Shown: positions 51,684 to 64,000 of the stretch, in pieces
Layout of the letters: every line of letters starts with the position of its first letter
Numbering within the stretch: position 1 is the first letter of the stretch
Assembly: GCF_006345805.1 (NCBI RefSeq)
Contig: NC_043004.1
Coordinates: forward strand, 65,162,001-65,226,000
Length of the DNA stretch: 64,000 bases
Direction: 5' to 3'
Origin: Octopus sinensis
Lineage: Eukaryota
Translations under genes and position numbers: made by a program
The notes under the pieces: model-generated
What the model was told of the DNA's origin: nothing
Databases searched by the model: none
Seen by the model: only the letters and a program-made list of their open reading frames with translations

Positions 51684-52518
51684 TAATAAAAACAAAGGGT
51701 GAAATTAATTAATTAGAAGTAATCAGTAATTTCACCAAGTAGAATTCGGCATGTAAAAGACCAATTATGGTAAGTTTAAGTAATACTAATAATTAGGGTT
51801 CAGCAATTTAGTATTACTTAAACTTACCATGAATGGTCTCTTTACATGCCGAATTCTACTTGGTGAAATTACTGATTACTTCTTAATTAATTAATTTCAC
51901 CCTTTGTTATTATTGATAATGGTATTTCCTCCAAGAAAAAAACTGTAGCATCTTTACTTTGGCAACACGCTGGTGGACGGGGGAGAGTGACTTACTCTCA
52001 TTCACTTTTTGAATTTGGCGGTACTAGCACGGTATACGTTCTCTCTGATACCGTGAGGTGAAGTGATATTTTCTGGTGCCTTCAAATTTAATACACAATT
52101 ATTAATAATTGAGACGCAGTTATTTATAATTGAAGAATCCTACGCTGATAAGGAAAATAGTCAGGTAAAGTATAATTATTTTTTATGCTCTATACTGGCT
52201 TGATTCCGAAACGCGCGTCCGTAGGCAACTTAATATAGAATGATTTTCGTCATTTCTTTCTCTTTTACCTGCGTGGTTTGTTCTTGAGTGCTTTGGTTTT
52301 ACTACTGGCATCTCCCTTTAAAGTAGAAAGAATAGCCAAGACTTTTTGACTGCTATTCTAAATCGGGTGTGTGTGAGGCAAATCGTTGCTGAACCCTTAA
52401 TTACTTAGTATTACTAAACCTTCCTTGAATGGGGTTTGGGTTTTTACATTGCCGAACTCTACTTGGTGAAATTAATGATTATTTCTAAATTAATTAATTT
52501 CACTCTTTATTATTATTG

Positions 52519-52523
<5 letters not shown>
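51684..52523 (+). mobile_element. Non-coding Penelope-type element: inverted arm plus 1.2 tandem units of 597 bp
   Basis: The inverted arm (51684-51789) pairs with 51808-51915. The segment from 51808 recurs in direct orientation at 52405-52523. (TA)n lies on both sides. Confidence 0.8.
52139..52225 (+). ncRNA. Type I hammerhead ribozyme-like motif with long stem II (G8 lost)
   Basis: CCTACG CTGATAA GGAA...TTCC GAAA C-GCGC-G TC CGTAGG. It has a 6-bp perfect stem I, a palindromic loop III and a GUC cleavage triplet. Confidence 0.8.
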
Positions 52524-52563
<40 letters not shown>

Positions 52564-52569
52564 TATAGA

Positions 52570-52610
<41 letters not shown>

Positions 52611-52974
52611 TATATGCATATATAGATACATATATGTACATTGCAATTCAAACCTTAATTTGTGCAACATATACCACTATTAAGATGTTTTCCGCTAGTA
52701 TTATTACGTTCGTATGATATTTTGTGAAGCTTGGTTTTAATAGAGGTGTAGCAAATAAAAGAAAACAACTGCTGAGCTATTTAGCCATATCACTTTCTGA
52801 GATATTTACCTATATGACCTTTCGTAAGTGTTAATGAAATGTACGTTAGTCTAACTTATAAGCTATAAATAACTTATAAACTATCGCTCGCATTTTGCTA
52901 TGGGCTTCTATAAATATACATTCCAACATCTATATGTGGTGTGAGTGTAGATATATATTATATATATATAATAA

Positions 52975-53014
<40 letters not shown>

Positions 53015-53019
<5 letters not shown>

Positions 53020-53255
53020 TCGCCATGATAGATCGTTAGCCACTACACACATTTTTTCTCTCTTTTTTCTCTCCCATTTTTGTCTACATTTTTCTCTCCT
53101 TGTTTCTCTCCTTGTTTTTTTTTGACCCTTTCTGTAGAATAGCGTAGCTCGAAACATTAAAGACTTTTCTATTCCTGAGCGTTTGTATACTAAATACATC
53201 TGTTTTTTTTGACACCACCTGTCTTCGTCTTCTGTTTTTTTCGTAAACTCTCCTA
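53015..53255 (+). mobile_element. Short repeat, same family as 46333-46548 (hammerhead-like motif decayed)
   Basis: It shares CAGTCGCCATGATAGATCGTTAGCCAC...CTGTAGAA...CTCGAAAC...CACCACCTGTCTTCGTC and lies in (TA)n. Confidence 0.7.
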
Positions 53256-53318
53256 TATATATATATATATATGAAAAAACAAGTCAAAATAGAAATGCTA
53301 AAATAATTTATAAAGAAC

Positions 53319-53358
53319 TTCAGTACGGTTTCGGTCATTTGAGACCTTTTCAACTGTA
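53319..53358 (-). ncRNA. Decayed hammerhead-like motif
   Basis: Minus strand: TACAG TTGAAAA GGTC-TCAAAT-GACC GAAA C-C-G TA CTGAA. There are two core substitutions. Confidence 0.4.
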
Positions 53359-53926
53359 ACGATTAAACAACTAAATTTAGAAAAATTAGAAGAAAAGTTT
53401 TTTCAAAGGAACACTTGTAAGGTGTTCAAATATAAGTGGCATTCTGCCTTCTTGACTCCTGTTTGCACTTGTTGTTCGATGTCGTTTGATTTGTGAATTC
53501 TTGGTAGGGCAGAAGAAGAAGAAGCTGATGAGGAGAGGGAGTGGAAAAATTTGGAGTGCCTTGATTGTTGTATTTTGAATGGTCAGTGACGGCTAGCAGT
53601 TGCCGTTCAATCAGGAGAATATTCTATTGAGAGGTTTGTTTATGGAATTTGCGTAGGTGTTTTACTAAAACGCATTAGTGATAAAGTTAAGAGGTAGAAG
53701 GTGGAGCAGAAGAAGAAGAAGAAGAAGATGACGATGTTGATGATGATGATGATGATGATGAAGAAGAAGAAGAAGAAGGAGAAGAAGATGATGATGATGA
53801 TGGTGGTGATGATGATGACGACGACGATGATGATAATGATGATGATGAAGAAGAAGAGGAAGAAGAAGAAAACAGAGAAGGGAGAATATGAATGGGTGAA
53901 AGTAGTGAGGTGTTGTATATATATAT

Positions 53927-54265
53927 CTGAGACCCTTTCGGTCACGACACTGACCATGGGATTGCACCTAAAAAGTTACCTACCCAGGCACAACTCCGGG
54001 CAAGGTTGTTTATGGAAGGCTAGCAGTCGCCCATGCATACCGGCCTCCTCTCTCTACGCCACCCGTGTTATCTAAGCGAAAGGCAAAAACCAATACAGCT
54101 TGGCACCTGTGATCTCGCAAATCATTTCTGCTGCTGAGTGAACTGGAGCAACGTGAAATAAAGTGTCTTGCGCAAGAACACAACACGCAGCTCGGTCCTG
54201 GATTCGAGCTCATAACCTCACAATCGTAAACTCAACGCTCTAACCATTGAGCCATGCGCCTTCAC
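53927..54265 (-). mobile_element. tRNA-derived SINE with group D head and core but a different tail
   Basis: The head GTGAAGGCGCATGGCTCAATGGTTAGAGCG and core CAAGACACTTTATTTCACGTTGCTCCAG are present. The 3' half is unrelated to 58287-58608. Confidence 0.8.
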
Positions 54266-55829
54266 GATATCTATCTATCTCTCTCTCTCTCTCTCTCTCT
54301 CTCCATATATATATATATATATATATTATATATTATATATATATATGTGTTGTGTGTGTGTGTGTGCGTTGTGTGTGTGTATGTATCAACCACTTATACT
54401 AAACGTATGCGCTTCGAGTGGTTATCTGTAAAGGCAATAAAGGATCCCCATTCAATCAATACAAAATGGAAACCTTATCTTGAGCTTAAAACTTGCTCTT
54501 GATAATTTCTGTGAAATGAAAATCGTTTTCCTTTGACATCAGAGAAACCTTTAACATTCGTCCATTTTGACACATCGGACCTCTTTTAAATTTTATTCGT
54601 TTAAAGCTTCCAATCAACAATAATGATCAGAACGTCGTTCCTGATTGCAAATATCTAACCTGAAATGACTGTGATAAACCTTGAGAAATAACAAAATCTC
54701 CGAAGGGACGATGTTAAAGTCACGAATGTCTAAATTAACATATACGTGAATATATGTAACCTGTCAGTTCGATGCTATGATAATAATTATAATAATTGCT
54801 AAGGTCCTGGTGAAAGGAATGAGGGTCACAGCATTACGTATACTCCATTTGATAAAGCGTGGCCGAATATCAAAAGTCTGTATTTTATGTATGATAATTC
54901 GGATTTGCAATACAATGCACGGCGTGGAATGACTAATAATAAAGTGATGTGTCCTATTGAGATGTAGAATTAATAATCACTTTGGAAACTAAATTGTACA
55001 ACAGAATAATTTGTTCTGCTAAAATCGAACGCCTACTCATATGTACACCACACATTATATATATCAGATGAGATATATAGGGTTGTAACATTTATTTGTG
55101 TATGTGTACATGTATGTGTAAATATATGTATGTATGTAAGATATATATATATATATAGATATATATACATACATTATATATATGTATGTACATATCTTAT
55201 ATATATGCATTATATATATGTATATAGAAATATTATTATATATTGATATATATGTATATATATGATAGTTACATATTATACATACATATATATTACACGT
55301 TTCTATATCTATGTACTAGGGTATGTATACGAATAAATGTATATGAATATATATGATGAATTATGAACACCCAAGTATGCACACGCGCACACACACATAC
55401 ACACACACAAACACATACTCACACGCACACACACATATTAATACATATGTTTTTACATTCATATATGTATATGTATATCAATGTGAAACCTGTAAAAATA
55501 TATACGAACAGATAATTTTCATGGTGCATCAAGTAGAATGTTACGTACAATATATGAAGAAAGAGATTCTATTCAAGTTTTGCCTAGCGGCTGGGCATAG
55601 TCTCGATCGTGCTTAGACAGAGGCTGAAATTCTAGCAGACTGCGTGTTATTGAGGTTACCAACACACACATAGACAAACAACAAATACAAACGCACTCAC
55701 GAATTTAGAAAGAAATATAGGACAGTCATTGCATGTGTATTTCATTAAATGTTTCAGTATTAAGAGTTTGTGACTTTAACGAGCGTTACGTAAAGCTTCA
55801 CACATAATAAATATACGTGTATATGTTGA

Positions 55830-56221
55830 GGATACAGGCGTGGTGGTGTGGTAAGAGGCTTGCCTCTCAACCACATGGTTCTGTGTTCAGTCCCACTTCG
55901 TGACACCTTGGGCAAGTGCCTTCTACTAAAGCCTTCTGATTGGATCTGGTACAAGAAAACTAAAAGAAGACCGTCATATATATACATCTACGTGTGCGTG
56001 TTGTGTTATGTCTGTGTTTGCCCCCCCCCGCTGGACAACCTATGGTGATGTGTTTATGTCCACGTAACTTACCCGTTCGGCAAAGAGAGACCGATAGAAT
56101 AAGTACCATGCTGTAAATAATCTCCTGGGGTCGATTCATTTGACTAAAACCCTTCAAGGTATTTCCCAACATGGCCGCACTCAAATGACTGAAAACATGA
56201 AAAGACTAAAACAATAAAAGA

Positions 56222-56222
<1 letters not shown>
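55830..56222 (+). mobile_element. SINE group B
   Basis: Head, internal microsatellite and tail are present. Confidence 0.85.
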
Positions 56223-56282
<60 letters not shown>

Positions 56283-56286
<4 letters not shown>

Positions 56287-56690
56287 GTGATACGAAAAGG
56301 TTCCCGGACTAAATACGTTTAATGAAAAATAACTTATTTACCTAAGTTTTAATATAATTTTCTTCGAAACAGTAACCTTGTGCAGCAATACACAGGTCCC
56401 AACGGTCTTGCAGTTTGGGGGATTCGGCCTCGAAGTAGTTTCCCGTAAGCGAGTCGAGGACTTTCTGCGTTTTGCACGTGATTTCGACAGCGGTGTGAAA
56501 GCGGCGAGATTTGAGCTGAATTTTTATCTTGGGAAAGAGATGGAAATGTACAGCTGCTAAATCAGGCGGAAGCGGAAGTGCTATCATGTTGTTTTTGGTG
56601 AGAAACTCACGAGTGACGACAAATCGGTGACGGTGCGTTGTCGTCGTAAAGAATCCAATACTTTGCACTCGGTCGATTCTCATGCACATA
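56283..56690 (-). mobile_element. mariner 3' fragment with terminal inverted repeat
   Basis: WILYDDNAPS...TREFLTKNNMIALP..PDLA..FHLFPKIKIQLKSRRF...DRWDLCIAAQGYCFE. The TIR TGAGGTGATACGAAAAGGTTCCCGGACT abuts TA/(TA)n at 56281. Confidence 0.85.
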
Positions 56691-56989
56691 TCTGTATCTA
56701 TCTTTTATCCTTGTTTCAATTTCTTGACTGTGGCCATGACGGAGCACCGCTACAAAGCATTTTAGTCGAATATAAGCATATATGCATTTGTAAATGCACT
56801 TATGTATGTATGTCTCTATGTGTGTATGTGTTTGTATGTATGTATGTAGATAAAACTTACTTGGAAAATAATAATATATAAATATATGCATATATACATA
56901 CATATACGTACATACCAACATATATATGTATATATGCATGCATACATGGGTACAGGACATAAAAAAACCGTGTAACACAATGAGAAACT

Positions 56990-57120
56990 AAAGCATAAAA
57001 ACAAAAACATCGAAAACGAACTTTTTTTTGAACAACGAAACAGACAGAGAAACGAGACATGCAACATAAAGAATATTCCCCCTCTTCAGTTGTCCCGTTT
57101 CATCTACTCCGCGTTCGAGG
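56990..57120 (-). mobile_element. Partial copy of the 51010-51600 repeat
   Basis: It shares GAACAACGA...GAGAC...GCAACATAAAGAA...CAGTTGTCC. The minus strand has GGACAA CTGAAGA GGGGAA. Confidence 0.65.
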
Positions 57121-57269
57121 AAAGGACATTTTATAACCTATTTTTTATCACCTATATATTATATATATATATATATTAATATATATATATATATATATAT
57201 AATATATATATATATTATGTAGTATGTATGTATGTGTGTAGTATGTCTAGATGTATGTATGTATTTTTT

Positions 57270-58243
57270 AAAAAAATTTTATTTTATCTTGTTTCAGCTC
57301 ACAAGCTGTGGCATGCTGGGGCACCGCCATTTGGTGTTGCTACATGATTTTACTTCACGAATGCTTTTTATAATGCCATTTGGTGCATGAGAGAGTTTGA
57401 TGCAGCTGCCCTCATCTGCACCTCCTGCCGTGAAGTTGGTTCATCTGGGACACCTGACAAAAAGAGATCCAGTTTAATTTTAAAGACATCTGCATCCACC
57501 CCATGCAGGTCTCTTAGGTTCTTCGGAGGATATTGAAGAGCTGTGGGCCTCGGAAGCCCAGGCTATCACAGTATCTTGTCCTACATCTTGATGGCAAATT
57601 TGGAGTCCTTGGCACTGTGCAGTGGCGCCCAGTTCTGGCATTTGTGTAACTCTCGATGCCAAAGTTTGGGACAAGTCCTCTAGGATCTTCCAGATGTTAT
57701 ATTATGGCATATCTTTCTCGCCTACGCTCTAAGGAATAGAGTCTTAATCTTTTGAGTTTTTACAATAGCTTATATGCTGCACAGAGGCTATCTTCTTCGT
57801 TGTAGCTTCGTTGGATCGCCTCAAGTTCTGTGATTAACTTGACACTGGATGGTGACATAGCTGAGAGCAATAATCAAAGTGGCTTAGGACAAGTGTCCTC
57901 CAGAGGACCATCATGGTTTCCTGGTCTCTTGTTCTAAATGTTCTAAGAATCCATCCAGTCAGCCCCGCAACATACATTTCATTGCCAATATTACCAACAT
58001 GCACATTGAAAGGTTGCATCATTACTCATGTAAATACCCAGGTCTCGCATGATTGTGCTCGGGATTTGCAGTCCCTCCAGGTCCAGTGTATTTATTGGTA
58101 TGGTATTGCATTTAGTTTTGCATACTGATAGCATAAAGCTTGAAACTTTTCAGTTGAACTGCATGCTATTCTTTTCAGCCCACTTGTATATTTTGTCCAG
58201 CTCACATTGCAGGTGCTTAGTGTCTTCAGGGTTCTGTACTGCC
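57270..58243 (-). mobile_element. 5'-truncated copy of the CR1-group LINE family at 21111-23834
   Basis: ELDKIYKWAEKNSMQFN and WILRTFRTRDQETMMVLWRTLVLSHFDYCSQL are present, with the same 3' tail (57280-57330). It has an internal deletion. Confidence 0.88.
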
Positions 58244-58250
58244 TATACAT

Positions 58251-58284
<34 letters not shown>

Positions 58285-58286
58285 CG

Positions 58287-58608
58287 TGTCACTCCGTCGG
58301 TTACGATGACGAGGTTTCCAGTTGATCCAATGAACGGAACAGCCTGCTCGAGAAACTAACGTGCAAGTGGCTGAGCACTACACAGACACGTGTACCCTTA
58401 ATGTAGACCTCAGGGAGATTCAGCGTGACACAGAGTTTGACAAAGCTGGCTCTTTGGAATACAGGTACAACTCATTTTTGCCAGCTTAGTGTACTGGAGC
58501 AACGTGAAATACTGTGTCTTCTTCAAGGACACCGCGTCGCCGGGAATTGAACACAAAACTTTATAATCGTGAGCCGAATGCCCTAACCACTAAGCCACGC
58601 TCCCTCAC
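58287..58608 (-). mobile_element. SINE group D
   Basis: Head GTGAGGGAGCGTGGCTTAGTGGTTAGGGC and tail ...CGTAACCGACGGAGTGAC. Confidence 0.85.
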
Positions 58609-58865
58609 ATTTATCTATGACATAACGTCAAAGGAATAGGGATTCGAAATGTATATGTATACTCTGGTAAAATCTAGGTTCTTGCTAACCACATCGATTC
58701 ATAGAATTGTTTAAGGTATACGATTACACCTTAATCCATCCAATAGGTAAATCCTGAGTTCACTTCATTGGATTTATACAGCACACAGAGTATATAATCA
58801 CGATATAGAAAAGAATGGAGAATTATCCATCTCCAAAACTTGTTTGTTACAGTGTTTATTCTCAT

Positions 58866-59262
58866 AGGCGGCGATCTGGGAAAAACGTTAGAGCGACGGG
58901 CAAAATGCTTAGCGGTATTTCGTCTGCCGTTATGTTCTGAGCTCAGATTCCGCCGAGGTCGACTTTGCCTTTCATCCTTTCGGGGTCGATAAATTAAGTA
59001 CCAGTTACGCACTTGGATCGATGTAATCGACTTAATCCTTTTGTCCGTCCTTGTTTGTCCGCTCTGTGTTTAGCCCTTCTGAGTAGTAAAGAAATAAGTA
59101 TTGTGTCTGTCTTTACGTTCTGAGTTCAAATTCAGCCGAGCTCAACTTTGCCTTTCATCCTTTCGGGGTCGATAAATTAAGTACCAGTTGCGTACTAGGG
59201 TGATCTAATTGACTGGACACCTCCTCCAAAATTTCGTGCCTTATGCCTAGAGTAGAAAAGAT
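58866..59262 (+). mobile_element. SINE group A dimer
   Basis: The second unit starts at 59097 after AAAGAAATA. Confidence 0.85.
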
Positions 59263-59349
59263 TTTCATTAAATTCCAATATATTTGATGTGAACTTAAAG
59301 AGAATAATGGTGTAATAAATAAGTTTTCAAGATATATAATTCACCATTT

Positions 59350-59740
59350 TATATGTGGTAAGTAGCTTGCTCACCAATCACATGGTTCCGGTTTCAGTCT
59401 TCTTCTTCTATAGCCTCGGGCCGACTAATGTCTTGTGAGTGGATTTAGTAGAGGGAGACTGAAAGTGGCCCGTCGTATATGTATATATATATATGTGTGT
59501 GTGTGTGTGGTGTGTGTGTGTGTGTGTGTGTATTTGTTTGTGTGTCTGTGTTTGTCCCCTCCCTCAACATAGCTTAACAACTTATGCTGGTGTGTTTACG
59601 TCCCCGTAACGTAGCGGTTCGGCAAAAGAGACCGATAGAATAAGCATTAGGCTTACAGAGAATAAATCCTGGGGTCGATTAATGGCTGTGCTCCAGCATG
59701 GCCACAGTCACATGACTGAAATAAGTAAAAGAGTAAAACA
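59350..59740 (+). mobile_element. SINE group B
   Basis: It has a partial head, a (TA)(TG) microsatellite and the tail with hairpin CAGTC-ACAT-GACTG (59705-59718). Confidence 0.85.
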
Positions 59741-59892
59741 GATATGTGTATATGTATGTATATATATGCGTATATATATATATATATATCAATATGTATA
59801 TATATATATATGTATATAAATATGTATATATATGTATATATATGTATATATATATGTATATATATATATGTATATATCTATAATATATATAT

Positions 59893-59943
<51 letters not shown>

Positions 59944-59975
59944 TATATATATATATAATATATACATATATGATA

Positions 59976-60827
59976 CTAGCAGCATAAACCGGCGTTGCCC
60001 GGGTATGTAAGAAACTTTGTCGATAAGCAATGCCCTTTACCTTTTAACCCTTTATTGTACTCATTGAACCATTATTTTGTAAAATCATGGTCGGTCTCAA
60101 AGTGATATGGTTTTGTTGATCTCTCCCAATACTTGTTAACTGCATTGACAAAAGGTCGTTAGTTTGACATTTAATGCAAAATTAATGTCCAACATCGGTG
60201 TAGTGAAAATCTGTGTGAACTTTCAAAAAATATCGCAGAAAAATCGGTTTGCTATGTGTGCCTCATATGATGTAAGTAACCGATTTTTTCCAGTAATAAC
60301 GTATCTTATTGGAATCAAAAGGGCCATATAGCTCCTTGGAGCAGACATGATGCTCGCTGTGAATTTCAAAAAAAATTCCTGTTAATTTGTTAAGCTATTG
60401 TCAAAAATATGTCATCGTGAATTTGAACGCGATTTCCCCAAATGGCATGATTTTATCGATTTTTTTCTGATGGTAAGGTATTGCATGGAAAACTAACGTC
60501 AGAATTAAGTTCCTTAGGGTAACATTAAGCTTCACCATGAGTTTGGTGAAAATCGATTGCAAGTTGCGAAAACTACAACGGAAAATGTGTGGCATAGGAT
60601 AAGCTTAGATTCTCGACCCCATGTCGAACTTATCGACTTTTTTCAGTACTGGGGGAACTTTTCAAAACTTTCGCTGCGTTAGTTTTGAATGATGACATTG
60701 GGCTATGTGTTTGTCAAGTGTCATCAGAATCGGTTGAAAGCCGTGGTCAGGGTGAGGGTACAAACTGACAGACACACAGACAGACCAAACTGCCTTTTAT
60801 TATATAATATATATATAATATATATAT

Positions 60828-60877
<50 letters not shown>

Positions 60878-60879
60878 GA
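59976..60879 (-). mobile_element. Probable non-autonomous Helitron
   Basis: The minus-strand 3' end has a GC-rich hairpin (CCCGGGCAACGCCGG), then CTAG followed by T. The 5' end is TC(TA)n with a CTGT microsatellite near the 5' end. The left boundary is approximate. Confidence 0.65.
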
Positions 60880-61208
60880 GGGCATTATTACACATAAAAT
60901 TGTCAAAGGGGACGTAGTTATAATTTTCTTTTCTTTTTTCGTTTGTAATCAGTTTTCCACGTTGCATCAAACTTCTCGTTGTTTCTTGTGATTTGTCATG
61001 CACCAGCGTCCCGGTTTTCAACTAAAGCAGTACAATGATTTGTCAAAGTTTGAAAATTGTTCGGAATAACAAAGCACGTTATAAAACCCTGCCCAGACCC
61101 GCTCCTTCACTGCAAGAAACTATTTATACCTCTCATTTTTATACTCTATATAAAAATGGTATATATACATGTGTGTGTAAGTGTTTGTGTGTGTGTGTAT
61201 GTGTGTGA

Positions 61209-61245
<37 letters not shown>

Positions 61246-61249
61246 ACTC

Positions 61250-61308
<59 letters not shown>

Positions 61309-62525
61309 GTGTCTGTATTATGAATGCATGTCTGTATACGGACATATATTCATATATTTACATATTTTGCACAAATGGGAAGCTGTTTCATACAATTCAT
61401 ACAGTGTATTTCTGAATTTATGAAGCTTCTAAAGACACACCCTCCCCACCAAAAAAAAAAAAAAACAAGGAAAAAAACAGAAGCAAAAAACAAAAACAAA
61501 ACATCTCTCATATTTCTTTTAATGTATAAATGTAACGTTAATCATATCAGAAACATACAGAATATTCGGACATGATAAATTCAGACACATTACATATTAT
61601 ATTATCTTTTGTTTATGTTACTAGTTACTGCTTTGTATTCATTCACTTATTTATATTTTTATTCTTTTTTATATTATGGATTCGTTATTGTAGCTACATA
61701 TCTCTAAAACGAATGCTGATATATTTCCGAAATATTCATCCGAATTCATTACTGTTGCGTTGCAATAGAATAATATAATATCTGACGTGGAAATTAGTAT
61801 TTCAATAGAATCAGTTCCTGACATTTTATGAATTCTTCACTGTCCTCACTGTCGAAGTGCACTGATTTAATATTGTATGAACATCTCAATTTAGTATTCT
61901 TGAAGCGCAATGAAAATTTAAATTCCACACATCGGCGAACAAAATCGTAATAAATATTTTAAAAAATAATACAAAGGAAAAAAACGACAGAAAAACACAC
62001 ACCAAAACAAAACAAAACAAACAAAGTCACACAAAGCAAAAGCAAATAAAAAAGATTATTATTTTAATCCTGCTTGACAGCACCCTGTGTTTGTGGTATG
62101 AATGCCCACCTCTCATTAGTTTTATATTCTTGTCCCCGATACATTTTTGTTTGTTTTGTTCAAGCCTTAGTATTTTGTTAGTATTTGTTATACAGGAATA
62201 AATAGCTAAAAGAAATAAAATAGAAACAAAAACAAAAAGATAAACAAAGTAGAAGAGTCATTGATGTGTTTGGGATTAGCTAATGTCAGTAAAGTCAGCA
62301 AATAGCGGATTCTGATGAAAATACTACCTTTGTAAATGATATCAAATCCTCTATGAACGAACGATGGAATGGAATATCATTTTTTCTCTTGTCATTATAT
62401 ACATGAATTATTTCGCCAACAATTTATCTCGACCAATGCACACACACATACATACATGTGTGTGTGTGTGCGTGTGTTTGTGTGTATATAAATGTATGTA
62501 TATATATATTATATGCATACACGCA

Positions 62526-62556
<31 letters not shown>

Positions 62557-62649
62557 CACATATATACATATACATGTATATATACCTATGTGTACACACA
62601 CACATGTATGTATAAATATAAATGTATATAAGTGTGTATGTGTGTATAC

Positions 62650-62687
<38 letters not shown>

Positions 62688-63305
62688 TTATGTGTTTGTG
62701 TATGTATGTATATATGTTTGTATACTTGTTGGTTACCTCATATAATATGCAGCAGACGTTAATATGAATAAAAACTGAAGTAGATATTTTTTTTGACTAA
62801 AACCTTTTTTCGACAGCATGTCCACTGTCCAATGACTGAAACTTGTATAAGAGAAGAGAGAAGAGGTAAACATATGCAACTTATGTCCCGCCCCACTCAT
62901 TCTCTCCGTGCTGTGCTTTCAATGAGTATCTAACATGCGTCGCTGTTCAGTTTACTAGGCCACATCAAAGCGAAAACTGATCTTTTCTGAGCATCTGTTA
63001 CTGCTCTGTCGAGGAGTTGAGACTGTGAAGAGGCACTCGATGTGCCCAATATGTAACTTTAGATTCCTTCATTCTCAGTTTACGGTTTAAGATTAAAATA
63101 TCCCTGCAAATGAAAGTAAATTATAGGCCTTATTAACAGTGGGGATGGCCTTTAGTAAACGCATATAACATACAGAATTTCATTTGCATATCAGATTGAA
63201 TAAATTAATTATTTTAATCTAGCTTATCGATGTCGACTCAATGGTAACTATGTATGTATATAGTGTCCTCAATGGAATAAAACCAGGCAGAACCCTTATC
63301 TCTCC

Positions 63306-63480
63306 TCAGCACCAGATTTCATCACTGGTGACCTTCGAAAAAAGATCCAGATCAACTTCCAACTGTTCTTGGAGTTCACGACACACATTCAGTCGTGACT
63401 GCTTTTGATCTTTTGTGAGCAAGCGGGGCACAAATTTTGTTGCAACCCTTTTCATTCGCAATTCCTCGCTCGAAAATCGT
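63306..63480 (-). mobile_element. mariner transposase fragment
   Basis: ELRMKRVATKFVPRLLTKDQKQSRLNVCRELQEQLE.D.DLFSKVTSDEIWC. Confidence 0.8.
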
Positions 63481-64000
63481 TGGCCAGAGCTCGAGGACAC
63501 ACCATTCTTATCAACAAGTGGCTAAACTCAGGAGTATAGCATACTCCAAACTCTGGTACATAGACAAGCTGCCGCTAAGTTTTACCTTATGTCACTGCAC
63601 CGTATTTCTTAATGCTTTTCGGAGCATGCTGATATCGACATAAATTTAGAGAAGTTAGCCTAACACATTCATACGTCCTTCTGTTGCTTATCATGAAGTC
63701 TCTTCAGATCCCACACTAACAACATGTCCCATGTATTTTCCCCTCGATCAAAAACCTCATTATTCCCGCCCTTCCAGTTTATCCTGTATCAGTATTCTGT
63801 ATCATTTTGTTAGAAGGGTTATTTACCACGAATATCTTACGAATTTCTTTCCCCTACCTTCAGACGGAACCATCAGAAAAAGGCCAAACCAAGGAATCAC
63901 TTAACAGTTTGCAGTGTCATTTTAGTTTTAACTAAGTGTCGAAAGCCTTAACTACCTCTTTACAAACCAGATGGCCCGAGCCATTTGTAAATTCAGTGCA

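Overview
This is eukaryotic, AT-rich, microsatellite-saturated DNA with no long intact host ORF. The SINE repertoire and repeat style point to an octopus genome (inference). Almost all ORFs in the supplied track are microsatellite artefacts or transposon remnants. Supported content: (1) two R4/Dong-type RLE retrotransposons stacked head-to-tail in one (TAA)n tract, one split by a CR1-group LINE; (2) further CR1-group LINE fragments; (3) a Penelope-like GIY-YIG fragment with inverted terminal repeats, several fold-back or partial-tandem elements, and about ten hammerhead-ribozyme-like motifs, all with imperfect cores; (4) four tRNA-derived SINE groups, labelled A-D here, including dimers and trimers with a fixed junction and head/tail swaps; (5) Tc1/mariner remnants, a probable non-autonomous Helitron and a probable piggyBac-type MITE; (6) a U6 snRNA pseudogene directly fused to a full-length SINE; (7) a few low-confidence candidate exons of an unidentified gene. 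No CRISPR array, rRNA or bona fide tRNA gene was found. All alignments and folds were done by eye.
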